In this document: piece by piece, positions 61,838 to 64,000 of the stretch
How positions within the stretch are numbered: the stretch's first letter is position 1
How the letters are laid out: each line of letters starts with the position of its first letter
DNA from: Candidatus Poribacteria bacterium
GTDB lineage: Bacteria > Poribacteria > WGA-4E > PCPOR2b
Assembly: GCA_965218095.1 (NCBI GenBank)
Contig: OZ244587.1
Coordinates: 5,216,001 to 5,280,000, forward strand
Direction of reading: 5' to 3'
DNA: 64,000 nucleotides
Notes under the pieces: model-generated
Told to the model about the DNA's origin: nothing
Database searches by the model: none
What the model saw: the letters and a program-made list of their open reading frames with translations, nothing else
Position numbers and translations under genes: made by a program

Positions 61838-63112
61838 ATGCGAGTTGGTATGCAATACGGACGCGGTATGCTGGAAGTCGAAATCCCTGACCGAAATTTA
61901 GCAGGTGTGCTAACTATCCAGCGATCTGTCCCAATCGAGCATCCAGAACGTGCGGTTTGGGACGCAATCGAGTCGCCAATTCATTCCCCGCCATTAGCGG
62001 AGCTGGCGAGGGATCTGACTTCCGCCTGCGTTGTCATTTCGGACGTGACACGTCCTGTTCCCAATAAGCTGATTCTGCCACCGATTCTACAAACATTGGA
62101 GACGAGTGGCATTCACCGAGAGAAAATCATAATCCTGATTGCGACGGGCATCCATCGTCCCAACGAAGGAGAAGAGCTTGAGGAGATGGTCGGCACCAAG
62201 CTCATGAACAACTATCGGATTATCAACCATCTTTCGCAGGAGCTGGAAACGCACAAATATCTTGGTTTAACACGGAACGGGACACCGGTTTATATCAATA
62301 AAACCTATCTGGAATCAGACCTGAAGGTCACGACGGCTCTGATTGAGCCGCATTTGATGGCGGGATATTCTGGCGGACGCAAATCGATTTGCCCGGGGCT
62401 GGCTTCGGTCGAGACGATGAAAATTATGCACGGCCCCCAGATTCTTGAGCATCCGAACGCTTCGGTCGGTATCCTTGAAGGCAACCCGCTTCATATCGAA
62501 GCCACTGAGATCGCCTTGATGGCAAGCGTCGATTTCAACGTGAATGTCACAATCGACGATCGACGTCGACTGACCGGCGTGTTTGCCGGTCATCTTGTTG
62601 AGTCCCATTTAGCCGGCGTTAAGTTCGTTGAGAAACAGGTGAAAGCCACACTGCCGCAGCCCGTGGACGCTGTCCTGGTGTCAAGTGCGGGTTATCCGCT
62701 CGATGCTACATTTTATCAAGCCATCAAAGGACTCCTGGCGGCGGTGGAAATTGTCAAGCCAAATGGGAGCATTATCCTAGCAGCGGAGTGCAGTCAAGGA
62801 ATTGGCAGCAAGCCTTTCACAGAACTGATTTTGAAAACACAAGATCTCAGGCAATTTATCCACGATATTTACGACCCGGCGAACTTTGTCATCGATCAAT
62901 GGCAACTGGAGGAGCTAGCAAAAGCGGCGAAAAAGGCCGAGATATACTGTTATAGCGATGGTATACCTTATGACCAACTCAAGGACCTGTTTGTGCATCC
63001 GATCCGAACCCTTGAAGAAGGGATTGAGCGCGTCCTTTTCAAACATGGGGCTGATGCCCAAATCGCGGCAATCCCTGAAGGCCCCTATGTTTTAGCAAAA
63101 GTCGAAAATTAG
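61838..63112 (+). CDS. larA: Nickel-pincer-dependent lactate racemase family protein
   Basis: SDVTRPVP, ATGIHR, EPHLMAGYSGGRKSICPG, GYPLD.TFYQ.IKG. Confidence 0.88.
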   Translation: MRVGMQYGRGMLEVEIPDRNLAGVLTIQRSVPIEHPERAVWDAIESPIHSPPLAELARDLTSACVVISDVTRPVPNKLILPPILQTLETSGIHREKIIILIATGIHRPNEGEELEEMVGTKLMNNYRIINHLSQELETHKYLGLTRNGTPVYINKTYLESDLKVTTALIEPHLMAGYSGGRKSICPGLASVETMKIMHGPQILEHPNASVGILEGNPLHIEATEIALMASVDFNVNVTIDDRRRLTGVFAGHLVESHLAGVKFVEKQVKATLPQPVDAVLVSSAGYPLDATFYQAIKGLLAAVEIVKPNGSIILAAECSQGIGSKPFTELILKTQDLRQFIHDIYDPANFVIDQWQLEELAKAAKKAEIYCYSDGIPYDQLKDLFVHPIRTLEEGIERVLFKHGADAQIAAIPEGPYVLAKVEN

Positions 63113-63256
63113 GTTTTGGGACTTAGGCGCATCAGGCATTAGAACTTATACCGAATTCGGCTTAAAATTTTCCATCTCCCAATGGGAAACGACAAGCCTA
63201 AACCAGTATGAGCCCCAATACCTGATACCTAACAACGATTCCACGAGGGGAATGAA

Positions 63257-63949
63257 ATGCAGAACGTATCACGCCCAATCGTCGAACTCAAAGGATACCG
63301 CGATGGCTTACGCTTGATTATTGATCCGAAAGCGCCTATAGAGGGGATCGAGCGTGCGATTGCAGAACGAATGGCAAACTTAGGAGATTCGTTGTCAGGC
63401 ATGGCGATGAATATCGATGTCGGAAGCCGATCACTACCCGATGAGGGGTTAATCCGCTTAAGAGATCTGCTGCATGAGAACTACGGACTGGAGGTTAATC
63501 ACGTCATTGGCGACTCCTACGATGAACCAACGATAGCGGAAGAATCTCAGATTGTTGGCGCCCCAGCAATCCATGAGGAAGCGCGCGTTTTTAATCGCCT
63601 CGCCCCGATGCACGAAGATACACAATTTATCCGTCATACGCTTCGTTCTGGACAGGTCGAGCGTTTCTTAGAAGGCAATATGGTCATTTTGGGGGATGTG
63701 AATCCGGGAGCGGAAGTGACTGCCGCTGGAGATATTATTGTCCTCGGTGCCCTGCGCGGGGTTGCCCACGCCGGAGCGCTTGGGAATACAGCGTCGGTGA
63801 TTATCGCATTGAACCTACTGCCAACTCAATTGAGAATTGGACGTTTTATCACTCGTCCGCCCGGTGGGAAACAACGCCGGCGTCGGAAAGCAGAAATCGC
63901 GCGCATACAAGAGGAGGCTATCGTTGTTGAGCAATTCGATCGACTTTAG
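63257..63949 (+). CDS. minC: Septum site-determining protein MinC
   Basis: ELKG; TLRSGQ; GDVNPGAEV.A.GDI.VLG.LRG.AHAG; PTQLRI. Confidence 0.92.
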   Translation: MQNVSRPIVELKGYRDGLRLIIDPKAPIEGIERAIAERMANLGDSLSGMAMNIDVGSRSLPDEGLIRLRDLLHENYGLEVNHVIGDSYDEPTIAEESQIVGAPAIHEEARVFNRLAPMHEDTQFIRHTLRSGQVERFLEGNMVILGDVNPGAEVTAAGDIIVLGALRGVAHAGALGNTASVIIALNLLPTQLRIGRFITRPPGGKQRRRRKAEIARIQEEAIVVEQFDRL

Positions 63950-64000
63950 AGCATCTAATGAAATTTGACTGTACTATCAATAAACCTTTGAGAAACCGCA

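Overview
Bacterial chromosomal window of moderate GC. The mix of PhyH dioxygenase, FGE-sulfatase/PKD, several Gfo/Idh/MocA oxidoreductases, FG-GAP and PorV/PorQ proteins suggests Candidatus Poribacteria or a similar lineage (inference only). Metabolic and housekeeping genes (thrC-like, kbl, sat, recQ, ECF sigma, larA-like, minC) are interleaved with many IS elements (3x IS3, 3x IS5, one IS982-like, fragments), MITEs, REP-like palindromes and pseudogenes. The main hidden structure, not shown by the ORF track, is a decayed chromosomal integron at about 21.6-29.8 kb. It has a 31-codon intI remnant, a candidate attI and about 7 related attC-like sites. Its first cassette is an NruI-like Type II restriction-modification module whose methylase sits behind a 43-aa ribbon-helix-helix gene, a perfect TTGACA-17-TATAAT promoter and an overlapping operator-like palindrome. 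Other notable items are an ORF-less group II intron remnant, a MITE family with 5-bp target duplications and heptamer-repeat cargo, tandem B12-radical SAM paralogues with a variable 67-aa C-terminal repeat adjoining an ECF A/T module, and a sulfur-oxidiser-type Sat. All family calls come from motif recognition by eye; no database searches were run.
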